Source: Nitrosopumilus sp. (lineage in GTDB: Archaea; Thermoproteota; Nitrososphaeria; Nitrososphaerales; Nitrosopumilaceae). Taken from it: a stretch of DNA of 64,000 bases. Location: contig OZ242041.1 of NCBI GenBank assembly GCA_965205215.1, forward strand, positions 1,472,001-1,536,000, read 5' to 3'. The translations under genes and the position numbers were made by a program. The notes beneath the pieces were generated by a model, which saw nothing but the letters and a program-made list of their open reading frames with translations, was not told the DNA's origin and did no database searches. Shown piece after piece: positions 30,254-40,463 of the stretch (within the stretch, counting starts at the first letter, position 1; each line of letters begins with the position of its first letter).

Positions 30254-31345
30254 CTATGCAAACGTCTCCTGCAGGATGCGCTTCTTTTCTGCCATGTGGA
30301 ACACCCTCTCCGTGTGGGCCGCGGCCTCCTCGTAGGGCCGGCCCATCGCCATGGCCTGCAGCAGCATGTGGTTCTCCGGGATCACGATGCCGGTCTGGTC
30401 GTCCGAGTACATCACCTGTATGGTGTCGCCGTGCACCTCCGTCATGTTTGCGTGCACGTGCACGAGGTTTGTGTCCACAAAGCTGAATCCCATCTTCCTC
30501 GCGCACTCCCGTATCTCGGCCGTGCCCTTCGCCCCGTGCAGTATGGCGATCCCGGGCTCCCGCCCCAGAAGTCCGTGCAGCTCTGCCGCGTCCGGCACGG
30601 CGCCCGACTCGGCCGCCTCGCGGGAGAAGCGTATGTCCATTATGTGCAGGTGCATCTGCCGCGTGGGCACCTTCACGGCCCTGACGTGCAGTGGGGGCGG
30701 CAGGTCGGCCTTTCCGCTGCCTCCGCCTGTCCCAAACGCCGCCATGACGTCGCGGCCGTGGTGTGGTGCCTCGGTCATCTCTATCGTGTCGGGAACCTCC
30801 TTGTCTGCCTGCTCGATGTCGGCCCACCTCCGGATCAGCGTCACGTCGATGCGGCTTATGCCGTTTCCGTACGCGTTGCGCAGGGGCATCAGCATGCGCC
30901 CCATCCCGGTCACGTTGCAGCTCCCCTGCATGACGTGTTTCGCGTTTATCGCCCTGTCGTAATTGGTCCGGGAGTTGAACAGCAGGTCCGACACGGCCTC
31001 GGGCCCCTCGACCGACTCCCCGCCCTGGTATATTGCAGGTATGCCGCCCGGCTCGTAGAGGTGCGTCTTGTTTGCGTACCCGCACCCGCCCGGCGACGCG
31101 TCTATCACGATGTCGGACTTTGCAATGGCCGATTTTATGGTGCCCCTCACGCCGCCGTACCCCTCAAAGTCCGGCAGCTTGGATTCGGGCACGTACACGT
31201 CGATGCCCTTCGAGGCGGCCTCTGCCACCTTGGGGTCCGGAGACTGCTTGCCCACCCCGGTGACCTCCAGTTCCGGGTCGTCTAGCAGGAACGACGCCAG
31301 CCTGCTCCCTATCGAGCCGTACCCGTTTACAAAGACCCGTTTCAT
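30254..31345 (-). CDS. gap: Type II (archaeal) glyceraldehyde-3-phosphate dehydrogenase
   Basis: VNGYGSIG, YQGGE, SCNVTG, IVIPEN. Confidence 0.92.
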   Translation of the reverse strand: MKRVFVNGYGSIGSRLASFLLDDPELEVTGVGKQSPDPKVAEAASKGIDVYVPESKLPDFEGYGGVRGTIKSAIAKSDIVIDASPGGCGYANKTHLYEPGGIPAIYQGGESVEGPEAVSDLLFNSRTNYDRAINAKHVMQGSCNVTGMGRMLMPLRNAYGNGISRIDVTLIRRWADIEQADKEVPDTIEMTEAPHHGRDVMAAFGTGGGSGKADLPPPLHVRAVKVPTRQMHLHIMDIRFSREAAESGAVPDAAELHGLLGREPGIAILHGAKGTAEIRECARKMGFSFVDTNLVHVHANMTEVHGDTIQVMYSDDQTGIVIPENHMLLQAMAMGRPYEEAAAHTERVFHMAEKKRILQETFA

Positions 31346-31459
31346 GCCGATGAACCGGGGCGTGGGATATTTAGTCTGTTTGCCCGCGCCCGGATGCGCC
31401 CGCGCCCGGAGGGCGGCAGTGCCGCGCGGGGAATCCCGGGCGGGGACTTGCGCAGGTCG

Positions 31460-32797
31460 TCAGCCGGGCCTGATCAACCCGGCCTCGATCAGATGCGACA
31501 GGGCCGCCATGGCGTCGTCGTCGCTGACATCGCCGGACTCCCACCACATGAGAAGGGTTGCGACCCAGTCCGGTATGGACGGCCCCGCCTGCTCGTCCGG
31601 GGGCAGGGGTTCTGGCAGCAGCGAGTGCTCGGACAGCAGCAGCAGCGATGTGTACGCCGCACTGTCCGGGGCGGCTCCGGACGCCCACGCCCACATGTCC
31701 TGCCGTATGTAGTCGGCCAGCAGGGCAGGCAGTGTCTCGCCCCGCTCAAAGCCGCGTATCGTAAAGACGTCCTGGGAGTGGCCGCGCACGTCAAATGAGA
31801 CGTGCCACAGCCCCATGTCGTCTGCGCGCTGCGTATGGTTGATGGACTCGCCGTTCCTGTACACCTCAAACGACTCGTCGCGCGTGACGGGAGGTATCTC
31901 CACCGTTGCAAACGTCTCAAAGGGGTAGCTGTTGGTGCTCTGTATCTCGACGCTGAGTCCGTCCTCTGCAAAGACGGGCCTGTAAAGCCAGGCCCCCGAC
32001 TCGTACCGCATCAGGTACTTTTGGTCGCCGCGCTGCGCCGTCAGGGGGTGCACGGAGTCCGAGGAGGGGGCAAAGCAGCTATAGTACGAGACCCCCGAGA
32101 TCGAGGGGTCCGCGCGCATCTCAAACGGCACGATCTGCCCCGGCGCGACCGACCCGAGGGGCTCGCTGCGGGCCGCGTCAAGCACCGAGGCGTCGCCGTG
32201 GACGACGGCCCACAGCACCGGGTCCTCCAGCGTGCTGCTGCCGGAGTTCACCGCAAGTCCGGACAGGTGACCGCCGGGGTGCACCACCAGGGTGTGGTCG
32301 TACAGCACGTCAAGCGTGGCCGTACGCGCGACGCCGGCTGCGGGCTCCATGTCGTATCCGGACAGCCCGGCGTGCGGCGACGCGTCCGGCACCTTTACCT
32401 TGAACGGGAGCTCCCCTCCGGATGGTATCGCGCCGTACGGCACCTCTATCTCGTACGAGCGGGGCCCGTCTGAGACGTGCAGGAACAGTAGCGGCCTTGC
32501 ATCCCACGGGTATCCGTTCTTTACGTTGCCCGTTATGGTGTAGACGCCGTTTGCGTCAACGTACGTGGCAAGCTCTCCCGACAGCATCACCAGCTGCCGG
32601 GGCACGTCGTCAGCGGACGCGTCGTTCTGGTCCGACCCATAATTGTAATAATAATCGCCCTCATAAGCTGACGCAGCGCCGGCATGCGACACGGCCGCTG
32701 CAGCTATTGCAAGGGAGGCGGCAAGCAGCGTAATATGGCGACGGCGGCACGTTCCGACCACACATCCGCGCAGAAAAGCGCCGGCCCCGCAGCTCAT
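31460..32797 (-). CDS. Exported protein with Ig-like domains and a thaumarchaeal IPxW..WW C-terminal domain
   Basis: Signal peptide; GNVKN Ig-like unit; IPDWV..WWESGDVSDDD..LIEAGLI. Confidence 0.75.
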   Translation of the reverse strand: MSCGAGAFLRGCVVGTCRRRHITLLAASLAIAAAAVSHAGAASAYEGDYYYNYGSDQNDASADDVPRQLVMLSGELATYVDANGVYTITGNVKNGYPWDARPLLFLHVSDGPRSYEIEVPYGAIPSGGELPFKVKVPDASPHAGLSGYDMEPAAGVARTATLDVLYDHTLVVHPGGHLSGLAVNSGSSTLEDPVLWAVVHGDASVLDAARSEPLGSVAPGQIVPFEMRADPSISGVSYYSCFAPSSDSVHPLTAQRGDQKYLMRYESGAWLYRPVFAEDGLSVEIQSTNSYPFETFATVEIPPVTRDESFEVYRNGESINHTQRADDMGLWHVSFDVRGHSQDVFTIRGFERGETLPALLADYIRQDMWAWASGAAPDSAAYTSLLLLSEHSLLPEPLPPDEQAGPSIPDWVATLLMWWESGDVSDDDAMAALSHLIEAGLIRPG

Positions 32798-32933
32798 GCG
32801 CTGTATGGGACTGTGGGCAATATACAGTTTTGATCATGGAATCCGGTTCGGGCCGGGCGTCACCTGCAAACTCGGTTGGGTTTGCGGTTCTGTCCAAGTC
32901 AACGTCTAAATTTACCGCGCGCCGCGCCCTTGG

Positions 32934-33695
32934 TTGTTGATCCACGGACCGTCCATCGGAATAGGCGCGGGCATAACGGCCGCAGTTACGGTGGCGGTGT
33001 TTCTGGCCCTGCAAGGGGCGGTGGAGGATGGCGGCGGCGAAGACAACGTACTCGTCATGATTCCATCCGACGCGGACAAGGTGATGCAGCCGCAGCAGCA
33101 GCAGCAGCAGGATGAAACCCCCACTGTTGCATCAATGCTTCTTGAGAACGGCTCGCCCATACTGGGAAGCACGTCTGCTCCAATAACGCTCGTCGAGTTC
33201 GGGGACTACCAGTGTCACTTTTGCAACGTCTTCTATCACGAGACGGAGGGCAGGATACTGGAGGACTATGTGGATGCGGGCAAGGTGCGCATCATATTCA
33301 AGGACTACCACATCATAGGGCCCGACTCGGTGGAGGCCTCGCACGGGGCTCACTGCGCCGGGGGCCAGGGACTGTTCTGGGAGTACCACGATGTCCTGTA
33401 CGAGAACTGGACGGGGGAGAACAACGGGTGGGCGTCTTATGGGAACCTCGAGGGGTTTGCATCAGAGATGCCGGGGCTGGACCTTGGCGAGTGGGTGCAG
33501 TGCATGCAGGACAAGCCGTATTCCGCGGCCATACTTGCAAGCAACCGGGACGCAAAGGCGCTCGGGCTCTCCGCCACTCCGTCGTTCTTTGTGATAGGGC
33601 CCGACGGCGAGGCCAGCCGGGTGGTGGGGGCGCAGCCGTATGAATTCTTTGCAGACATATTCGATGCCAAGCTTGCAGGCGCGGGTCTGCAGTAG
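32934..33695 (+). CDS. DsbA family thiol-disulfide oxidoreductase
   Basis: EFGDYQCHFC, ATPSF, GAQPY. Confidence 0.93.
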   Translation: MLIHGPSIGIGAGITAAVTVAVFLALQGAVEDGGGEDNVLVMIPSDADKVMQPQQQQQQDETPTVASMLLENGSPILGSTSAPITLVEFGDYQCHFCNVFYHETEGRILEDYVDAGKVRIIFKDYHIIGPDSVEASHGAHCAGGQGLFWEYHDVLYENWTGENNGWASYGNLEGFASEMPGLDLGEWVQCMQDKPYSAAILASNRDAKALGLSATPSFFVIGPDGEASRVVGAQPYEFFADIFDAKLAGAGLQ

Positions 33696-34072
33696 GCGCG
33701 GATGGCAAGGCGGGCGGAGGCTCCCGTCGACCAAGTACCGCTTGCGGCCGCAAAAAACCCGCGCCATTCGCACACCCCCTTCGACTTTCGCAGGTGGGAA
33801 AAAGGCGCACGCGGCAGGATGTTGCAGACAGGTGCCGCGACCTCCGCATTGGTGCGCTCGAATCTGCCGCAATGCCGCGCCGCCGATCAACTGTGGCCAA
33901 CGCGCCGCGCAACCCCTTTGTGCAACACATGTTTGGCGCGCGCAAAAATAAACAAACAAAGACAAACCCCGCGCCAATAATACGGTAATTATATGCGGTA
34001 TTCCACGCCGCACCCGAACACCGCGCGGGCAAGTCGCAAAGCCTTATTAGTAAATCCGAACGAATCAGGCGC

Positions 34073-35467
34073 ATGGCCGCAGGCATAGACGACATTGCAA
34101 TATACATTCCGAGGTTGTATCTGGACGCGTCGGACTTTGCATCGGCGCGCGGACTCGACCCCGTAAAGCTGGAGAAGGGACTGGGCGTCTCGCAGATGGC
34201 GATGGTCGACGCGGACCAGGATCCGGCATGCCTCGCGGCAAACGCGTGCCTTAAGATAATGCAGAGGAACAACCTCTCGCCGTCGGACATCGGCAGGCTG
34301 TACGTCTCCACGGAGTCGTCGTTTGACGAGTCGAAGGCCATGAACTCGTACGTGGTGGGCATGCTGGAGCAGGTGTACGGGCCCGGCACCTTTGAGCACT
34401 GCGGCGGCGTCGAGACAAAGTTTGCGTGCGTGAGCGGCTCATACGCGCTGTACGACAACACGAACTGGATACGCGCAGGCGAGTCCGAGGACCAGTACGC
34501 CATGGTGGTGGTGTCGGACATTGCAAAGTATGACCTAGAGTCCGGTGGCGAGATGACCCAGGGGGCGGGGGCGGTGGTAATGCTGCTCTCCGACGAGCCC
34601 CGGCTGCTCTCCTTTGACCCGCGCGTCACGGCCACGTCGATAAAGGACGAATACGACTTTTACAGGCCGTTTGGCAAGGAGACGCCAATCGTCCACGGCG
34701 AGTACTCCAACATGCTGTACATGATGCAGGTGAAAAAGGCGCTCGAGACGTACAAGAAAAAGGTCAGGACCGCGGGGCTGATCGACGTGGGCCCCGAAGG
34801 CACCATACTTGACCACATGGACTACATCAATATGCACCTGCCATACAGCAAGATGGGCAAAAAGGCGCTCGCGTACCTGGTGCGGCACGAGTGGCGCCAC
34901 CTGCCTAGGTGGAGGGATGTGCTGCGGGACATCGGCATGGAGGAGCCCGTGCCCAAGGATCCGCGCGGCACGATAGAGTCGGTGCTGGCCGACAGGGACT
35001 TTATGCAGAGGGACAAGGAGTTTACGAGGCGGTTCACAGAGACTGCGCAGTACCGGGAGGTCTACGAGTCAAAGCTCGCAAGCTCCCTGGTCGCGTCCAG
35101 AATGATAGGCAACCTGTACACGGCGTCGCTGTACCTGGGGTTCCGCAGCTGCCTGGAGTTCGAGTACAAAAAGGGCGTTGACCTTGAGGGCAGGCGCATC
35201 GGGTTTGGCTCGTACGGGAGCGGAAGCAGCGCCATGGTGTTCAGCGGCGTGGTGCAGCGCGGATACGAGGAGATTGTAAAGGAGATGGACCTGGAGTCCG
35301 AGATTGGCAGCCGCCGCAAGCTCACGTGGGACGAGTACGTGCAGCTGCACGAGAACCAGCTGCGCCCGGAGGAGTCCCTGGCAGACGGCAGGGGGGAGTT
35401 CGTCCTGGTGGGGATAAACACGGACAAGGAGTCAAGCGGCGAGCGCCACTACAGGTACAACGGGTGA
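34073..35467 (+). CDS. Hydroxymethylglutaryl-CoA synthase
   Basis: STES..D.SK, KFACVSG, GEMTQGAGAV, HLPY, GNLYTASL, SYGSG. Confidence 0.93.
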   Translation: MAAGIDDIAIYIPRLYLDASDFASARGLDPVKLEKGLGVSQMAMVDADQDPACLAANACLKIMQRNNLSPSDIGRLYVSTESSFDESKAMNSYVVGMLEQVYGPGTFEHCGGVETKFACVSGSYALYDNTNWIRAGESEDQYAMVVVSDIAKYDLESGGEMTQGAGAVVMLLSDEPRLLSFDPRVTATSIKDEYDFYRPFGKETPIVHGEYSNMLYMMQVKKALETYKKKVRTAGLIDVGPEGTILDHMDYINMHLPYSKMGKKALAYLVRHEWRHLPRWRDVLRDIGMEEPVPKDPRGTIESVLADRDFMQRDKEFTRRFTETAQYREVYESKLASSLVASRMIGNLYTASLYLGFRSCLEFEYKKGVDLEGRRIGFGSYGSGSSAMVFSGVVQRGYEEIVKEMDLESEIGSRRKLTWDEYVQLHENQLRPEESLADGRGEFVLVGINTDKESSGERHYRYNG

Positions 35468-36135
35468 CGGCTGCCGCAATGCCTGGACGCGGGGATGCAC
35501 ACGCGGCGCGCGACGGCGACGGCGATGAATTAGCATCAGATAACGGCACACCGGACGACGAGGCCGCAGACCGCGTAAAGGCCGTCCTGTTTGAGCACAT
35601 ACAAGAGTCAGACGCCGTGCCGCGCCTGGTCGCGGCAGGCCGCCCCGGCATGGCCGCGCAGGATATGGTGCGCGCGTGCCACGATAAAGTCGCGGGGCTC
35701 TGCGGAACCCCCGGCATGGCGCACGGGGTGCTTGCAACCGGCATCATGCACTACGTGCTGACCCGGATGCTCGTAAGAAGCCAGAGGGGCATACGCCACG
35801 GCGGCGAGGATCTCGACATTGTGATGCCCGACGCGAAAACGCTTGCAGAGGATCCCGGCAGGGCGCTCGTGATATGCGTGCCGAAGACCGCGGACGCCCC
35901 TGCCATACGCGGCGCGCTGCGCGGGGCCCGAAGGGCGCAGCCGGAGCCGGGCAACGTGTGGCTGGTGCTCTCCGAGGAGGCCGCAAAGGGCGGCCCGTAC
36001 GGCGCAAAGAGCTTTGTCATGACAGGGGACGGCGGCAGCTTTGCGCGCATCTTTGCAGATATTCGGGAGTTTCTTGACCGCACTAGCACGGAGGGGGCCG
36101 GCTCAAAGAGGCTCCGCATACTCGGCGGGGCATGA
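35464..36135 (+). CDS. Hypothetical protein (possible degenerate PD-(D/E)xK fold)
   Basis: GTG overlaps the HMGS stop; DLDIVMPD..ALVICVPK. Confidence 0.65.
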   Translation: MTAAAMPGRGDAHAARDGDGDELASDNGTPDDEAADRVKAVLFEHIQESDAVPRLVAAGRPGMAAQDMVRACHDKVAGLCGTPGMAHGVLATGIMHYVLTRMLVRSQRGIRHGGEDLDIVMPDAKTLAEDPGRALVICVPKTADAPAIRGALRGARRAQPEPGNVWLVLSEEAAKGGPYGAKSFVMTGDGGSFARIFADIREFLDRTSTEGAGSKRLRILGGA

Positions 36136-36138
36136 CGG

Positions 36139-36861
36139 CTATGCCCCTGCAATCTGGGACACGTCAAGCAGCCTTCCCACCGCCTGGGACGTGGTCTGCC
36201 TTGCTCCCGCCGCTGCCTCCCCTGCAGCGGCCTCCGGCATCGGGGGGACGAACCCCAGTATGTTAAAGCCGCACAGCTCCTCCAGGTCCTGCTCAAGCAC
36301 GTGCCTGTCATACCTGTCAGAGTCCGGGCGCCCCGCCCCGCCGTTGATTACAATTCCGCGCACCGTAACGTTTGAGCGGCGGCATGCGTCGACCGTCATT
36401 ATGGTGTGGTTTATGGCCCCCAGCACGTTGGGGCAGACCACTACGGCGGGTATCCCCATGTCGGCAATCAGGTCCGCCACAGAGTAGCTGCGCAGTATGG
36501 GGGTCATCACGCCCCCAATGCCCTCAACTACCACCACGTCGTGCATACCCTCTATCTCCTCGTAGCACTCGAGGACGCGGTTTATGTCCGGCTTGGGCTC
36601 GCCCCCGCGCATCCACGCGGTGTATGGGGAGGCGGCCATCGTATACCTGTGCGGGCAGACCAGGTGGGGAGGGTCGTCGCCGGAGCCTGCCGCGTCCCCG
36701 AGTACGGCCGCGTCCCCGTCGACGTCCCCCGGGGCGCCGGCGGCAAACGGCTTCATGACTCCGACTGAGGCGCCCCGGCGGCGCAGGGCGGCCGCAATGC
36801 CTGCCGCAACGTACGTCTTGCCGACGCCCGTGTCGGTGCCGGTCACAAATACGGATTCCAT
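36139..36861 (-). CDS. bioD: Dethiobiotin synthase
   Basis: FVTGTDTGVGKT, MKP, VEGIGG, LGAINHT. Confidence 0.95.
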   Translation of the reverse strand: MESVFVTGTDTGVGKTYVAAGIAAALRRRGASVGVMKPFAAGAPGDVDGDAAVLGDAAGSGDDPPHLVCPHRYTMAASPYTAWMRGGEPKPDINRVLECYEEIEGMHDVVVVEGIGGVMTPILRSYSVADLIADMGIPAVVVCPNVLGAINHTIMTVDACRRSNVTVRGIVINGGAGRPDSDRYDRHVLEQDLEELCGFNILGFVPPMPEAAAGEAAAGARQTTSQAVGRLLDVSQIAGA

Positions 36862-37688
36862 GTCGCTGTCACTACGGGTGCAGCCTGATTAATGACTCAA
36901 TCGGTAGGCACTGCGCCGTCCGGACCGCCACGCCACGCACGGCCCTGCAAGCGGCCGGACTCGCGTTACACTTGGACAGACAGAGACTAACTCGCGCGCG
37001 ACAATCCCGAAACGATCGGGGGCCGCCTGACGGCGGCCCTCCACCCCCCCACGTACAGACGGGCCCTGCGGCCCGACCGTCCCGCAAAAAGCATGCCTGG
37101 CCGGCAGCGCGCCGGCAGTTATCACATCCAACCCTCCCGCGATATCCCGACTCCCGGAGCGGACGAAAAGATTTGGAGCGCGTATTAGAAAACCGGCAAC
37201 CGGCGCGACGCATCACACAATCGCCACACACTAGGGGATCTGAGCGGATCCGGATACCTCCCCCCTCCCCTCCAACTAGCAGATTCCAGGCACGGGTGTC
37301 GTCAATGTCTTCGACTTTGTAGACTTTGTAGACTTTGGCAGGAGCCAGGCACAGGCACCCGCGGCCATACCCACGTAGGGGCTCTGACCCAGCATTCGCA
37401 GCCAGCCCATGGCTACGCCGTGCCGGGAGGGAGGGAGGGGGGGAGGGGGGGAAAGTGGTGTATGGCGCCGATACAAATGCGCGGCGCGTAAATTACCGGC
37501 AAGTGCGACAGTAGCGCGCTCCCGTAAAACCTCACAAAAAGAAAAGGCTCTGCTCTCACCTTGCTCCATCCGCATACATTCTACCCTCGAGAGAGGGGGA
37601 AGGCGCAACAGGGGCGACTTTCGAAATCTCAGACCCGTCCAAGGTGTGCTCCTACGCGCGGCAGTGGGTGGCAGGTGTGGCGCTGCGG

Positions 37689-38468
37689 CTACCTGCATAC
37701 CCGGGGCGGTTGCGGCGGCGGGGGCGTCACGGGCGGCGTGCCGGTGCCGGTGCCGGTGGTGGTGGTGACCGAAACCGTATCTGAGGGTTCCGACTGGCCT
37801 CCGGGCCCCAGGGCGGCCACGGCAAACTCGTACGTGGTGCCGGGCGCCAGGCCCCGTACGGTGTATGAGGCGGCGGCCGAACCGGTGTCCGGCACCAGTA
37901 CGGCCAGCCCGGGCCGGACCTCCGGGATCCCGTACAGTATCGCGTAGCCGGTTATGGCGGCGTCGCCGGGGTCGTCCCAGGCAAGGGTCACGGAGGAGGC
38001 GTTGGCGCCAAGGGCCGCAAGGTTTGCGGGCGCGGCGGGGGGCGGGGGCGCGCCGGGGAGGCGCTCGGAGAGCAGCACGGCCCCCTCAAAGCCCGACGAT
38101 ACGGGGGCCGAGGCCGCGTCAGTCGCCACCAGTATTGTCCCGGGGCCGAAGAATGCGGCGCCGACCGGGGCCGTAGGCGAGGCCGGGATGTCCAGCGTGT
38201 GGGACGGGGCGGCGGGGGCCGTGGACAGGTCGAAGGGGGTGGACAGCGGGTACGACAGTATGAGGCCGCCGCCCGATGCCGTGAGCGGGGCCGTCGTTAC
38301 AAGCATGGTGGCGCCGTCGGCAGAAAAGTCCATGTCGGACAGGACGCCGTGGCGGGGCTGCACGAAGAACGAAAAGGAGGCGGCCGCCGTGGACGGGTCG
38401 AACGGGGTGGACAGCGAGTAGGAGTGTATGAAGCCGCCGCCCGCGGGGGCGGAGAGGGCCACGTACAT
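37689..38468 (-). pseudogene. 5'-truncated fragment of a beta-propeller-repeat + fibronectin type III surface protein
   Basis: FSADG.SMYV / YxLSTPFD repeats, then FN3 (VTLAWDDP..ITGY..GLAPGTTYEF.V.A); begins mid-repeat, in-frame stop about 16 codons upstream, no signal peptide. Confidence 0.7.
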
Positions 38469-38545
38469 GGAGGAGCCGTCCGCCGAGAATGCGGCAGCGG
38501 GGCAAAATTCTGTTTATATTGGAAGGGCGGGCCTGTCCGTCCATC

Positions 38546-39907
38546 ATGAATGCGGGGGAGTCAAACGTGTGGCATCCAAACACGCAGATGTCCGAGTGGG
38601 ACGCGTTTGACTCGATATCCCGGGGCGACGGGGTCTGGCTCACGGACTCAAAGGGCTTTAGGATGATAGACGGGGTCGCCTCCATGTGGTGCAACGTGTG
38701 GGGGCACTCCAACGGGGAGATGGTGCGCGCCATTTCAAGGCAGGCCGCAAGGCTGCAGCACTCGCCCCTGTTCAACCTGACCCACGAGCCGGCAGAAAAA
38801 CTGGCCCGCGGCCTGGTGGGCATGTCGCCGGGAATGCACCGCGTGCTGTACTCTGAGAACGGCTCGTCGGCGGTGGAGACGGCGATAAAGGTGGCGTTTC
38901 AGTACTGGACAAACGAGGGGGATGCGGGGCGCACTGCAATCGCGTCGCTTGAGCGCGGATACCACGGCGACACGCTGGGGGCCATGTCGGCGGGGCACGT
39001 GCCGGAGTTCTTTGAGAGGTACAGGCAGCACATGTTTGACGCAGTGGAGCTGCCGGTTCCGGTGCAGGGCGGCGCGAATTCCGGCGGTAGCGGCGGCGGG
39101 GAGGCGGCAGCGGCACCCGAGACGCTGCAGCGCTGCATAGAGGACATATCCGACGTTCTGTCCGCCCGGAGGGGCGAGATTGCCGCCGTAATAATGGAGA
39201 GCGGGGCCCAGATGGCCGGCGGCGTCCGGATCTTCGAGCCGTCGTTCCAAGAGCAGGTCAGCGGCATCTGCAGGGAAAACGACATACTGCTGATCGTCGA
39301 CGAGATAGCCACGGGGTTTGGCAGGCTGGGGCCCATGTGCGTGTACTCGGCCGAGCGCTCAAAGCCGGACATTGCGGTGTACGGAAAGATGCTGACGGGG
39401 GGATACCTCCCGCTTGCGGCCACCCTGGCCACGAGAAGGGTGTACGAGTCGTTCCTCGGCGCGTACGACGAGCAGCGCCACCTGTTTCACGGCCACACGT
39501 TTGCGGGAAACCCGATTGCGGCGGCGGCGGCAAACAAGAACCTCTCGATGTACAAGAAATACGACATGGTGTCACACGTGTCAAAGGCCTCAAAAACGCT
39601 GGCAGACCGTATTGCCGAGCACATGTCGGGCATGGAGGAAGTCGGCGAGATCAGGTGCAGGGGGCTGGTGGCAGGAATCGAGCTGGCCGCCGGCGGGAGC
39701 ACAGCCGATGCGGCGCCCCCTGGGGCGTCGGCCAACCGTACCATATACGAGGCGGGCAGAAGGAACGGCGTGTACCTGCGCACACTTGGGAACGTCGTAA
39801 TGCTGGTGCCCCCGCTTGCGATAACCGCGCCCGAGATCGGCATGCTGGTGGAAAGGACGGCAAAGACCATCAGGGACGCGGCCCCCTCCCTTCCCAGGGG
39901 TGCGTGA
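38546..39907 (+). CDS. bioA: Adenosylmethionine-8-amino-7-oxononanoate aminotransferase
   Basis: VWHPNTQM, GYHGDT, DEIATGFGR, GKMLTGGY, HGHTF.GNP; TTTATA upstream. Confidence 0.95.
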   Translation: MNAGESNVWHPNTQMSEWDAFDSISRGDGVWLTDSKGFRMIDGVASMWCNVWGHSNGEMVRAISRQAARLQHSPLFNLTHEPAEKLARGLVGMSPGMHRVLYSENGSSAVETAIKVAFQYWTNEGDAGRTAIASLERGYHGDTLGAMSAGHVPEFFERYRQHMFDAVELPVPVQGGANSGGSGGGEAAAAPETLQRCIEDISDVLSARRGEIAAVIMESGAQMAGGVRIFEPSFQEQVSGICRENDILLIVDEIATGFGRLGPMCVYSAERSKPDIAVYGKMLTGGYLPLAATLATRRVYESFLGAYDEQRHLFHGHTFAGNPIAAAAANKNLSMYKKYDMVSHVSKASKTLADRIAEHMSGMEEVGEIRCRGLVAGIELAAGGSTADAAPPGASANRTIYEAGRRNGVYLRTLGNVVMLVPPLAITAPEIGMLVERTAKTIRDAAPSLPRGA

Positions 39908-39950
39908 CGGCCGCGGCCAAGGCAGCGATCGACGCACTCGCCAAAGTCGT

Positions 39951-40463
39951 TCAGGAAGTCTGGGCCATAAACCGGATTGCATGCTTTATCTTGATGCGCT
40001 CCGTATCGGACTTGGCAAGGCGCCCAATTTCGTCCCAGTTGATCCTGGGCCCGCAGCGAATTGCCAGCCTCCTCAGATCCTCCAGATCCTGGTCGCGTCC
40101 CGCCCTGAACTTTGCAACTGCCAGTCCTTCCAAGGAGATGGCGTTGACGGTTGTCCCTTTCTTGCCTACCCGAATCGCCTCCGCCGTCTCGATTATGTCC
40201 TGCAGCGGAATGCCGTTCAAGTCCCGCCCGTGGTACACGTCGATCTTGTATCCCCTCGGCGTGAATTTATCGTCATTCCGCGGATCGATTGTATATCCCT
40301 TGGCCAAAAACTCGTCGACCGTTATCTGCGCGGCAACGACAAAATCCAGATCCATTGATTGCCGCTGCTCGCCGGTATGTAGCATGACTGCGACTGCCCC
40401 GACAAACGTGGCGTGCTCAAAATCCCGCGAGATGAGAACGGCCTCCCTAACGATCGGCATCAT
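39951..40463 (-). CDS. AbiEii/DUF6036-like nucleotidyltransferase (putative type IV toxin)
   Basis: FVGAVAV, RQSMDLDF, KIDV, LAVAK, RDQDLEDL. Confidence 0.75.
   Translation of the reverse strand: MMPIVREAVLISRDFEHATFVGAVAVMLHTGEQRQSMDLDFVVAAQITVDEFLAKGYTIDPRNDDKFTPRGYKIDVYHGRDLNGIPLQDIIETAEAIRVGKKGTTVNAISLEGLAVAKFRAGRDQDLEDLRRLAIRCGPRINWDEIGRLAKSDTERIKIKHAIRFMAQTS

Noticed and set aside
33815-33930. TGTTGCA...TGCAACA resembling IS ends (possible MITE)
   Set aside because: Only a 7-bp match, with no target-site duplication.
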